Positions 9,727 through 19,148 of a stretch of DNA of 42,333 nucleotides are shown in pieces. Origin of the DNA: an uncultured archaeon (GTDB taxonomy: Archaea > Asgardarchaeota > Lokiarchaeia > Sigyniarchaeales > SOKP01). A program made the translations under genes and the position numbers. The stretch lies in NCBI GenBank assembly GCA_964525635.1, contig CAZGJX010000025.1, positions 1 to 42,333 of the forward strand. The letters run 5' to 3'. The stretch's first letter is position 1. Each line of letters begins with the position of its first letter. Below the pieces are notes generated by a model. That model had not been told where the DNA came from. It worked only from the letters and a program-made list of their open reading frames with translations, and ran no database searches.

Positions 9727-9993
9727 TTAATTTTTACTTATTTTCTCTTTAAGATCTTTAATTACCTTCTTTCCTTTATCTGTAATAGTATACTCGTATT
9801 TATCGCCACCAAGAAGCAAAACTTCTTTTCTCTTTCTTTCAACATATCCCTCTTCTTTCCATTTCTCGATAAGGCTGTGAATCGTTTGATAACTCAACTT
9901 AAATTTCTCTGAAATTACCCTTAACTCTATTTTATCATTTTCCGAGAGGAACAGCAGAATATCGATGTATTTGACTAATTTTTCAATCTTCAT
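9727..9993 (-). CDS. Winged-helix (MarR/ArsR-like) transcription regulator
   Basis: LSYQTIHSLIEKW..EGYV.R...Y.IT.KG; lies 22 bp upstream of the TIR-LRR-GTPase gene. Confidence 0.8.
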   Translation of the reverse strand: MKIEKLVKYIDILLFLSENDKIELRVISEKFKLSYQTIHSLIEKWKEEGYVERKRKEVLLLGGDKYEYTITDKGKKVIKDLKEKISKN

Positions 9994-10193
9994 TTTTCAT
10001 ACAATCGCATATTTTATAAATCGTTCTCAAAAAATATATAATTTTAATGATTTAAATACTCTCTGTTTCTTCTCAATAATTCCTAATACTATGATAAACG
10101 AGAATACGTCTTATGAAAAAGTATAATATTTAAATATGAAGATTACTATTTATTAAATTAAATATCTCGAATTATGAATTTTCATAATATTAT

Positions 10194-10505
10194 ATGAAAT
10201 GGTTAAATATGATATGTAAAATTATTATTGATGAGAAGACGCTTGATTTAATTGATATGATGTGTAAACGCTACAATATCAATAAAAATTCATATGCCGA
10301 GAAAATTCAGCAAATTTGTAATAGAAGTCTGAAGGAATTAATTACTCTTCACGATAGATTAATAGGAGTTATAGAAAATACATTTTCAATTATTGAAACC
10401 TATTGCCCTCATATCATTGATAAAAACTTGGAGATTACTAAAGATATTTTGGAAATATATCATAAACTAAAAGAGGGGATTCCAAATTCTAAGCAAATCA
10501 AATGA
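10194..10505 (+). CDS. Hypothetical protein (possibly ribbon-helix-helix-like N-terminus)
   Basis: 103-aa ORF divergent from the wHTH gene; first gene of an overlapping + strand cluster. Confidence 0.55.
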   Translation: MKWLNMICKIIIDEKTLDLIDMMCKRYNINKNSYAEKIQQICNRSLKELITLHDRLIGVIENTFSIIETYCPHIIDKNLEITKDILEIYHKLKEGIPNSKQIK

Positions 10506-11322
10506 GTCAAAAGAGCATTATATCTTAAAACAATCCCTAAAAGCATCATTCATTCATAATTTACCAAATATCTCATATTGTAGAACTGAAAAGAATATAG
10601 GTCAAAGAAGAGCTGATCTATTTCTCACCTTAACTTCAGAGAATAATATTGCTGTTGAGATTCAGAGATCTCCTACCTCTATTCAATCTCTAATTCAACG
10701 TACCAATGATTACAACAAACAAGATATATATGTATTGTGGATACTCGATTCTCATGGTTCTGCTATTGGTTCAACTCGCCATGCGAAGACAATAAAGAAT
10801 GTAAAAGTCTCGCCCATAGAGAAATTCCTTCATAGGATGTATGGCGGGAGAGTTTATTACATTAATAAAGTAAAAAGCCGTATTAGTATTCCTTTAGATG
10901 CCTTGGATATATTTGCTCTGAATTTCTCACCTGCCACTAAGAAGCGGTACCGAAATTGGCGGTTTCAAGATGGATTTACCCATTATGATATCATGAATCA
11001 GAATACTACGGAAATCCCTTCCTTTGATCTTCTCTGCTCTGAATTTAATGGTGTGAAAATTGCTCGATTTTACGATAAAAACTTTAATAATTTAGTGAAA
11101 CAAGAAATTTTAGAGTTCTCTAAAAACCTTCCATATTGTATAACTGAAAAACTCTTAATCAAAAGGATTATAAGGCAGTTTAAAAAGAGGTATGATGAGC
11201 TGGTGATTTATCGGGCATTGTTATATTTGATAGACAAGGGATTTTTAAACATTCATTCAAACTTAATAGGAAATTCAATTAAAAGATGCTATTTCAATTT
11301 CAGAGGGGATTATTATAAATAA
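10486..11322 (+). CDS. CoiA-like PD-(D/E)xK nuclease (longer than the 10735 ORF; start uncertain, probably ATT)
   Basis: The frame is open from 10471: ESKEHYILK...RRADLF...IAVEIQRS...QRTNDY...VLWIL. GAGGGG at 10473-10478 lies 7 nt before ATT at 10486. Confidence 0.75.
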   Translation: MLSKSNESKEHYILKQSLKASFIHNLPNISYCRTEKNIGQRRADLFLTLTSENNIAVEIQRSPTSIQSLIQRTNDYNKQDIYVLWILDSHGSAIGSTRHAKTIKNVKVSPIEKFLHRMYGGRVYYINKVKSRISIPLDALDIFALNFSPATKKRYRNWRFQDGFTHYDIMNQNTTEIPSFDLLCSEFNGVKIARFYDKNFNNLVKQEILEFSKNLPYCITEKLLIKRIIRQFKKRYDELVIYRALLYLIDKGFLNIHSNLIGNSIKRCYFNFRGDYYK

Positions 11323-11608
11323 TGAAAACACCTGGAATGATAAGTCAATTTATCAAGAACTGCTTAATATTCTCTTATCAGAAAGTTCTTCTAAGGTGGA
11401 AATTAGTGAGAAAATGAAGACTTTTCTAATTAAAGTACACAATACTCCCCATATCTCTCAAGATCAGCTATTATTAGACAATATTCACATATTAATTGGT
11501 TTCTCGTATCAAGATTTTAATATATATACAAAGCAAGGCAGAGATGGGCGAGATGCTTCCGATCGCGGGAAATCAATAATAGATTCATTATTAAAAAATA
11601 CTCTTTAA
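11315..11608 (+). CDS. Hypothetical protein (probably starts upstream of the GTG at 11396)
   Basis: The frame is open back through 11306. GAGGGG at 11303-11308 is followed by ATT ATT ATA, overlapping the stop of the CoiA-like gene. Confidence 0.45.
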   Translation: MNNENTWNDKSIYQELLNILLSESSSKVEISEKMKTFLIKVHNTPHISQDQLLLDNIHILIGFSYQDFNIYTKQGRDGRDASDRGKSIIDSLLKNTL

Positions 11609-11644
11609 TAAGTATATTTAGTGAAAAAAAATAGAGCGTAGACA

Positions 11645-11842
11645 ATGAAAAAGAAAAGAGAAATAAATGAAATAAAAATCACTAGAATACAAGATCAGGG
11701 TAAATTTGATTTATCAGAGGAAAAAAGAATGATAAATTCAATATTAAAAAAAGAAATTGAGGACTTTAAGTTATCTTATGAAGAAAAAAAAGAACGAGGT
11801 CGACAATTAACAGACAATAAGAGAGAGGAATTGATGAAATAG
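11645..11842 (+). CDS. Small charged hypothetical protein
   Basis: 65-aa ATG-initiated ORF with no recognisable motif. Confidence 0.4.
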   Translation: MKKKREINEIKITRIQDQGKFDLSEEKRMINSILKKEIEDFKLSYEEKKERGRQLTDNKREELMK

Positions 11843-11984
11843 TAGTATATTTTTAATTATTAAAATGAATATTTCCTTCCCTAATTTATCAGATTAATAA
11901 ATCATTAATTCGATATATCAAAAAATTATTTAACTATAATATTAAGTATTGATATCAATTATTTATTTACTAATTAAATGATTT

Positions 11985-14900
11985 TTAATCCATAGGTTCA
12001 AACTCTACTAATGTTCTTTCTGAGACATTTTCAATTGATTTAATATTTTCTTCAAATTTTGATAACTTTTCATAGGAATTTTCAATAATAGAAATTTTTT
12101 TATTTATGGAATTATTTTGAGATTCTCCATTATTTACAACATTCCAAAAAGAATTTAACCAAGAATTAAATTCAATTGTATTTATATAAGGCTCAATATT
12201 CTCAAAAAGGTTATTCTGAACTTCATTTTTTAATAATAAGTTGGGGAGATATAATTCAAAAACAAGAGCGTCAATAAGTCTTGTAAAGAATATAGACATT
12301 ACAGATTCTTCTTCAGTTTTTAGTACAATCATATATTTTGCTAAATAACTAAAGATTTTTTCTTGGTTTTTATTCACTGATTTTAATGGGGTAAATAATG
12401 TAATTGAATCATAAAAAGCAACAGTTAATTCTGAATAATTAATGATGTATTTTTTTACAATATAATCCATTAGATTTGAATTTAAGATTGCCATTAAAGC
12501 ATAATTATCAATCTGAAATTCATCTTCTAATGATAATTTTATTACATTATTTCCAACTAGAGTGTTTCTAGGTTTTATATAGACTCTGTATTTATCATTT
12601 ACTTTAGTCGTTATTAACAAATTGGAATCATATTCCTTTCTCCATGAATCTATATTTAAAAGTTCTGGTGTCGTATAATTAATAAAATTTATATCTGGGC
12701 GATATTTCTTAACAGTTTTTCCACTAAAAAAATATGGGATGGAAAATTTCTCACTCTTTACCTTTCGAGGTGCATCTTTACCTCTTTTACCATGTAAAAC
12801 ATTAATCTTGGATTTATCATAAATCAAAAAAAATAAATCATCACAATAGAGTAAAAAACGATTATATTTTTTAAAAATTAAATTAGAAATTTCATTTGGT
12901 TTAAAATCTTTAAACCTTTTACTTTTAATTTTTATTTGATATTGATCTTTTTCTTCTTTTTTATAGAAAATACTAATCATTTCTAATGTCACACCTGATT
13001 CTTTGAATATTTTTGCCTCATCTATTATTTCAAAAAGAATTGTTTTATCAAGCAAAAATTGACGGATGAGATTGAATTCTTCAACTCTAGCAATAGAATT
13101 ATTCACTATGAATCCAAGAATTCCTTTTTCTTTCAATAAATAATAACTTCTTTCAATAAAAATAGCAGAAGTGTTATAGGATCCTCCTTTACTTTTTTTA
13201 TTCATAGATACGGGATTCCATGTTTTTTGCAATATATCCCTATCGTTGTTATTAATTGAATTTTGACCATATGGAGGATTTCCAACCACAATGTCAAATC
13301 CTTGTTGCTCTAAAAACACTTCAGGAAATTCAAGTATCCAGTGAAAAGTATTCACTTTTTTTATTTTTTCTATTGATAACATACTTTTTTCTGCAAAAAT
13401 AGTGTCGATTTTAGCTTTAAAAAGATCAGTTATTTTGTTGATAAGTGCGTTTAAAGGTATGAGATTATATGAATTAAGTGAAGCTATGAGAATCCGTATT
13501 AATTTTTGTTTAGTTATTAGTAACCTCTTAAATTCAAGATTATTGATCCTTTTTTTTTTAAGGGATTCATTTAAACTAAGTATTTCTTTAGTGATATCTC
13601 CTTTTAATTTAAGAATACTAGCAGTATCGGAAAGATGAGATTTAAATTCAGAGACTAACCTAATAGATGTCAAGATCTCTTCTGTTTTATCAGTATCAAG
13701 AAAGTCGAATAAACTACTTTGAACATCTTCTTCTTCAGATAATATTCGGAGTGTTCCAATTAAAGAATTTCCTTGTCTTAAATTAAAATGTACATTAGGA
13801 AATCTGATAAAAGTCTCATTATTAGCATCAAAATGCTTTGCTAATGACATAAAAAGTCTTGCTCTAGCAACTTTTAGAGCTCTTGGATTTAGGTCTACCC
13901 CATATATATTTCTTGATAAAATTATAAAAAATTTCAAATATAATCTTAATTGTTCTTTTTCAAAATCTTCCATTAAGTTTATTTCCGTTAAACCTTTATC
14001 ATTTGAAGCAATAATAAATAAACCTCCTGCATATCCCAATTTTTTGGCTCTTTCTATCACATTTTCATATAGTTTCAGTAACACCTCCATTGCACTTTCA
14101 AGAAAATGAGCTGATCCAACTGCCAAATCCAATATTTTTAACTTCTTTAAAAAATTAAATATGTTTAGAATGTCTTTCTCAGAAGCATTAGCGATAAGGG
14201 CTCTTATATCTTCATTTTTTAGAGAAAATAGATTTTCTTTAAGATACTCTAGAATAACCCTCTCACAGATATATGATGTAACTTCCTCTGGAGTATAAAA
14301 TGAACCAGTTTCTTTTCTTAATTCAATTGACATTATTTTTTCATATATTGCTCCTAAAACGAATTCATCTATATTACCTTCTGTCCAATCTCTACTTTCA
14401 AATAGATTTAAAATCGGTACATGAGGTATTTTTTTAGGTTCAATTATTTTCAGATCTTCCACTAAATCTTTCCTATAAAAAATATTATCAGGAATAAGAA
14501 TATTTTCAAAATCTCCATTAATAAAGGGAGCAGGACCTGTCACGACCACTTTACCAAATATATCAGATTCATGATATAATCCACTTGTTGCCTCTCCCAT
14601 CATTTTTTCAAATAGATCTTTTAAGCAAGAATAAAAAGATTCATATCCTAAATCTTTATATTTTTTAAACAAATCAATGCAATAATTTGTGTTATTATCA
14701 AGAAATCCTTTTTCTTGAAGGTACCAAATAATTAATAATTGCATAAGAAGATCTTCCCCAAATTCTTTTTTTTCAATATCAGAAGAAATTCCACGAATAT
14801 TCTTGATTAAAGCCTTTCGAGCATTATTATATAATTGATAAAATTCTTCAATAATATCACTTCTATCAAATAAATCGTGCCATGAATCAAAATCTCCAAA

Positions 14901-15257
14901 ATTTTTAAATAATATTTTAAATTTCTTCATAAAAGCGGGGGATATTTTAGATATAGTCTTTTTTAATATTTGAACATCAATTTTTAACGTAAAAGGTCTT
15001 TGTCTAATGAATACAACATTTAAATCATCAAAAATTATACCAAATAAGAGAATTTGTTTTTCAGTTTCTTCAAAATCATTAAGAATTTGATTTCGTGTAT
15101 CATTGATACTATCTTTGAGAGAATTAGTAAAGGATAATCTTAGTTTATATTTTTGACCAGTTGAATCATCTTCTGAGATGATGTACTCATAATTATTAAC
15201 TTTTTGAAATTCCTTTTCAAGTTTTTTGAATATATCCTCATAAGTTATTTGCTTCAT
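11985..15257 (-). CDS. Eco57I/type IIG-like N6-adenine DNA methyltransferase with target-recognition domain
   Basis: LGAIYE, RKETGSFYTP, ILDLAVGSAHFL (motif I), IYGVDLN, FHW.LEFPEVF and FDIVVGNPPY (motif IV). Start revised to 15257 because of GGGAGGG at 15264-15270 and a TAATG stop/start overlap. Confidence 0.9.
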   Translation of the reverse strand: MKQITYEDIFKKLEKEFQKVNNYEYIISEDDSTGQKYKLRLSFTNSLKDSINDTRNQILNDFEETEKQILLFGIIFDDLNVVFIRQRPFTLKIDVQILKKTISKISPAFMKKFKILFKNFGDFDSWHDLFDRSDIIEEFYQLYNNARKALIKNIRGISSDIEKKEFGEDLLMQLLIIWYLQEKGFLDNNTNYCIDLFKKYKDLGYESFYSCLKDLFEKMMGEATSGLYHESDIFGKVVVTGPAPFINGDFENILIPDNIFYRKDLVEDLKIIEPKKIPHVPILNLFESRDWTEGNIDEFVLGAIYEKIMSIELRKETGSFYTPEEVTSYICERVILEYLKENLFSLKNEDIRALIANASEKDILNIFNFLKKLKILDLAVGSAHFLESAMEVLLKLYENVIERAKKLGYAGGLFIIASNDKGLTEINLMEDFEKEQLRLYLKFFIILSRNIYGVDLNPRALKVARARLFMSLAKHFDANNETFIRFPNVHFNLRQGNSLIGTLRILSEEEDVQSSLFDFLDTDKTEEILTSIRLVSEFKSHLSDTASILKLKGDITKEILSLNESLKKKRINNLEFKRLLITKQKLIRILIASLNSYNLIPLNALINKITDLFKAKIDTIFAEKSMLSIEKIKKVNTFHWILEFPEVFLEQQGFDIVVGNPPYGQNSINNNDRDILQKTWNPVSMNKKSKGGSYNTSAIFIERSYYLLKEKGILGFIVNNSIARVEEFNLIRQFLLDKTILFEIIDEAKIFKESGVTLEMISIFYKKEEKDQYQIKIKSKRFKDFKPNEISNLIFKKYNRFLLYCDDLFFLIYDKSKINVLHGKRGKDAPRKVKSEKFSIPYFFSGKTVKKYRPDINFINYTTPELLNIDSWRKEYDSNLLITTKVNDKYRVYIKPRNTLVGNNVIKLSLEDEFQIDNYALMAILNSNLMDYIVKKYIINYSELTVAFYDSITLFTPLKSVNKNQEKIFSYLAKYMIVLKTEEESVMSIFFTRLIDALVFELYLPNLLLKNEVQNNLFENIEPYINTIEFNSWLNSFWNVVNNGESQNNSINKKISIIENSYEKLSKFEENIKSIENVSERTLVEFEPMD

Positions 15258-18200
15258 TATGGTCCCTCCCATCCAAGAATTTTATAATTAAGACGCCTAT
15301 TGGTATCTGAGCCCGGATTAAGAAAATTATATGCCTCATCTATTAATATGGATAATCCCTGAGGTTTAATATTCTCATTTTTATCTATGGCTCCTTTTTC
15401 AATCAAATATTTCTTAAAATCTCTAATATCCCTTGTACTCATTTCAACCAAAGGTAGATAATCCACCAATGCAACGATTTTACTACGATCAATACCCTTC
15501 TCATCCAAAGTCTTATGTTGTTTTTGTTGCCGTAGAAAAGCTAAAAGTTTCTTGGGAAATCCTTTTTGAACTATTATACCCTTATACTTATCCATTATTT
15601 CACGTTCAAAATAGTGGTCAAGAATTTTTATTTTATTATATACTATTTTAATATTAAAATCACCATCATATTCTTCAATATCCCATAAATCCTTGAAAAC
15701 ATTACAAGTAACTTCCTTAACATTTTCACCTTCTAAGGTCAAAATGTATTGACTTGTTTTTATTGTCCCTCTATAAAGTTCATATGCTCTAAATAAAGTG
15801 TTACTATTTGTCAGGGAGTATAGAGTCTTCTTATCATCAATGTATTGTAGTATTTCATCAAAATCATGTTTTTTTAACTTGAGTTCTGTCTGAATAAAAT
15901 TAATTAGTCTAAATTTGTCTATTTCTTCTTGCTGCACAATATCTGTTAAATATTTAGCATCTCCGGTTTGACTTAACTTTTCTAACTCACTTAATTTAGC
16001 GCTAGCTAAGTCCTTGATTTTTTTTTCAAATGTTTCATGCTTGATTTCTTCCTCTTCCCCTAGAATATAAAACTCTTTACCGACTAAATAGGTAATATCC
16101 TTAATTTTACTGCTAAGTTTTTCTATTATTCCTATGATTGCATCTAATTCAACTCCAGGGCTAAAATTCTTAACAAATACATCTCTTTCATTTCCAATCC
16201 GGTTAACTCTTCCTACTCTCTGAACGATCTTCATAGGATTCCAAGGAAGATCATAATTAATCACTCCATCTGCATCCTGTAAGTTTACCCCTTCACTTAA
16301 AATATCCGTAGAAATTAAAATCTCAATATTACTTCTGAAATATTTTTTTGAATTATTCGCGACAGGTGCAAAACGTTCGATGATATTTTCCTTTTGATGT
16401 TGGTTTAGATCTCCAGTTAAAATCTCGATCTTCAAACCCTCTTTAGAAAAAAGATAAGTCAAAGTTTCTTTTTGTTTTTTCGCCCAATCATGTAAATTTT
16501 TATATATATAATAAGCGGTATCTCTATATTGGGTAAAAATTATAAACTTTTTCTCATTAATATCATCATAAATTAAATCTTTTAATACTTGTAATTTAGG
16601 ATCATCATAAATATATATTTTTACTTTTCCAGTATACCCAGAATATTCTCCAACTATGAGAGGCTTCCCTGATTGATCCAATACCTTAATATCATCAATG
16701 TTTGTTTTAATTTCTGTCATCAATTTCTTATCTCTAATTAATTCTTCCTTAAGAGCATTCAAACCAACTTTAAGATTTGAAATTAATAGATCCAAGTCAT
16801 CAGTCTTATCACAATATTCATAAAAATCTGATTCTTTTTTACAAGAACCTTTTATTTTTTGTGCAGACTCCAGATCATTATATGTAAGCAAGTTTATTAT
16901 CAATCTTAATCTCGGATCAATCCAACCCTCTTCTATATCTACGTCATCTTCTTCAAAATCCTTAATAGCATCTTCTTTCTTGGCAATCTTAATACAATCT
17001 GAGCTAAAGTTCTTTAGTTTATCTAAGAATTCGGAAGAGATAAGATTTTCAACTTCATTTTTAAACACTATTAATTTTTTCAAAAACAATTTATTTTTAA
17101 TCTGTAGTTTAGTTAATGTTTGCTCAAAAGCGAAAATACTGCTTTCTAACCGTTTTACAAGAAGAAATTTTAGTATACCTCCAATTGGTATCATAATTTT
17201 ACTATCTTCTGAGCTTTCATCAACTGCTTTTTCTTCGCTAAAAGCCACATATCCCGAACTATATAATTTTATGAATGTAAATTCGAGATCTTCAAATAAT
17301 TCATCTAATGATTCCACAAACTTATAATACTTTAAAAATTTCTTTTCTGTCCTATTGTATGTAATTTTATCAGGAATGGGATCTTTAAAGGTATATTCAA
17401 CTCCTCTTATATTGATCTTTCCATTCTCTCCAAAACTATCCATTATATACTTTCTTGTTCTTAGGATTATGAGCTTTCTAAAAACGTCATCTTTAATTTC
17501 CTGAGCCTTTACAGCAAGATCCTTCTCTAGAGAATCATCCTCTTTCATCTTTATCTTAATATCTCTATATTCTGTAAATAATTTTGTAAGTTGAATGTTC
17601 CTTCGCTTGAAATTAGTAAAATTATTATCAGAAAAGATTTTTATAAGATTGTAGACATCCCAGATATTATTATTAATAGGAGTAGCTGTCAAAAATATGA
17701 ATTTATTTCTAAAACTATTCTGGTTATTCTTTTCTTTAAATCTTAAAGCTCTTGCATTATTCCAACGATTGGTTGCTCTATTACGAAATTTATGTGCTTC
17801 ATCAATAAGAATTAAGTCATATTCTTTATGAAGATCTGAATTATAAATACTATCAGGACTCATCATTCCAAACTTTCCCAAAGATAAAAAATGAACTTCT
17901 CCAGCATAATTATCCCCAATTATTTGATATCTTATGATTTTTTTTTCAGATTCAAGTTTTACATTATTAGTTTTTGAAAAAAAATCTCCACTCTTAAATA
18001 ATAGATATCGCCATTGCTTAATCAAAGCAGGAGGTAGAATTAAAAGGGCTTTTCGAGGTTTATTAATTCTATAATTATTAGGATCCCATTCTAGTAAATT
18101 CCCTGTAATATATTCCTCAATTAAGGCCGCTCCAATAAAACTTTTTCCTAGACCTACGCTATCCGCAACTATACAACCATTAAATTCAGAGATGATTTCA

Positions 18201-18970
18201 ATAGCATTAAGAACACCAACTAATTGAAATTGAGCTAAAATATCTTCCTTTTCAATTGGTTCAATACGTCCTTTTAGCCAAATCCAAGATAAATATTTAA
18301 ATAGAGTTTTGGGAGGTACATATATACCAAAAGGATTTTTCTTTCTTGGGCTTAAAGCATTGGAATATTTGATGATGTCAATAAGATCATCTTTAAAATC
18401 ATCAGAATGATGCTCCCAGAGGTCATGGAACCACTTATATAAATAAATTACTTGATCTCGATCAGTAAATCGTGTATTCAATTCCTTACTTGTTCCAGTT
18501 CCAGAACGTGTAAAGTTTGATGATCCTATGATTGCGGCTCCTGGCGTAAATTCTTCTGAATCTTCTAATTGAAGGGGATCATTGACAAAAAGATAAAGTT
18601 TTGAATGTAATCTGCCCTCTGTAAAGATCTTAAAGTCAGCGAAGCCCTCTTTTATTAATTGATATAATTCAGTTAAATTTTCCATATTTTCATCACTTAG
18701 AGGTTTACTCAGATCCTCAAGTAATTTAGTTTTTATTCTTAATCTATACCCTGTAGAAATTTCTTTATAAGTTGGAAAATCTAATTCTCTTCCAATTAAT
18801 ATTTTAAAAAAGCCTTTCTTCATATCATGGGGTAATTTATCTTTGATAAGATTCCAACCACTTAAAAAGAAATATCCTACTGCGAAATCTGCTTCTTTAG
18901 ACTTAGCTATTAACTTTTCGATGGAAGTAATCACTTTCCTATCTGGACTATTATCTAAGATATATGCCAT
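15257..18970 (-). CDS. PLD-nuclease domain + SNF2-family helicase
   Basis: PLD: AVGYF, LHSKLY, IIGSSNFT. SF2: ADSVGLGKS, LIDEAH, LTATPINN, FTQYRDT, STDILSEGVNLQ, YDLPWNP...QRVGRVNR. Confidence 0.92.
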   Translation of the reverse strand: MAYILDNSPDRKVITSIEKLIAKSKEADFAVGYFFLSGWNLIKDKLPHDMKKGFFKILIGRELDFPTYKEISTGYRLRIKTKLLEDLSKPLSDENMENLTELYQLIKEGFADFKIFTEGRLHSKLYLFVNDPLQLEDSEEFTPGAAIIGSSNFTRSGTGTSKELNTRFTDRDQVIYLYKWFHDLWEHHSDDFKDDLIDIIKYSNALSPRKKNPFGIYVPPKTLFKYLSWIWLKGRIEPIEKEDILAQFQLVGVLNAIEIISEFNGCIVADSVGLGKSFIGAALIEEYITGNLLEWDPNNYRINKPRKALLILPPALIKQWRYLLFKSGDFFSKTNNVKLESEKKIIRYQIIGDNYAGEVHFLSLGKFGMMSPDSIYNSDLHKEYDLILIDEAHKFRNRATNRWNNARALRFKEKNNQNSFRNKFIFLTATPINNNIWDVYNLIKIFSDNNFTNFKRRNIQLTKLFTEYRDIKIKMKEDDSLEKDLAVKAQEIKDDVFRKLIILRTRKYIMDSFGENGKINIRGVEYTFKDPIPDKITYNRTEKKFLKYYKFVESLDELFEDLEFTFIKLYSSGYVAFSEEKAVDESSEDSKIMIPIGGILKFLLVKRLESSIFAFEQTLTKLQIKNKLFLKKLIVFKNEVENLISSEFLDKLKNFSSDCIKIAKKEDAIKDFEEDDVDIEEGWIDPRLRLIINLLTYNDLESAQKIKGSCKKESDFYEYCDKTDDLDLLISNLKVGLNALKEELIRDKKLMTEIKTNIDDIKVLDQSGKPLIVGEYSGYTGKVKIYIYDDPKLQVLKDLIYDDINEKKFIIFTQYRDTAYYIYKNLHDWAKKQKETLTYLFSKEGLKIEILTGDLNQHQKENIIERFAPVANNSKKYFRSNIEILISTDILSEGVNLQDADGVINYDLPWNPMKIVQRVGRVNRIGNERDVFVKNFSPGVELDAIIGIIEKLSSKIKDITYLVGKEFYILGEEEEIKHETFEKKIKDLASAKLSELEKLSQTGDAKYLTDIVQQEEIDKFRLINFIQTELKLKKHDFDEILQYIDDKKTLYSLTNSNTLFRAYELYRGTIKTSQYILTLEGENVKEVTCNVFKDLWDIEEYDGDFNIKIVYNKIKILDHYFEREIMDKYKGIIVQKGFPKKLLAFLRQQKQHKTLDEKGIDRSKIVALVDYLPLVEMSTRDIRDFKKYLIEKGAIDKNENIKPQGLSILIDEAYNFLNPGSDTNRRLNYKILGWEGP

Positions 18971-19148
18971 TATTTATTTCTACCTTCAATTTGATAAATA
19001 TTATGAATTGTCATCTTAGTTGGACACCTTATTTTATTAATTTGTCAGAAAAGAATTATAATATTTATTATTATCTTTTTTTTCCTGCTTCTTTTCAATC
19101 ATCTTTTATTGACTTTTAAAATAGAAAATGGGTTTTTATATATAGGAA

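Noticed and set aside
13402-17327. + strand ORFs 13402-13638, 15433-15651 and 16980-17327
   Set aside because: They lie antisense inside the well-supported MTase and helicase genes.
11985-18970. Complete DISARM or BREX system
   Set aside because: No DrmA/DrmB (DUF1998), PglZ or BrxC genes are present in the window.
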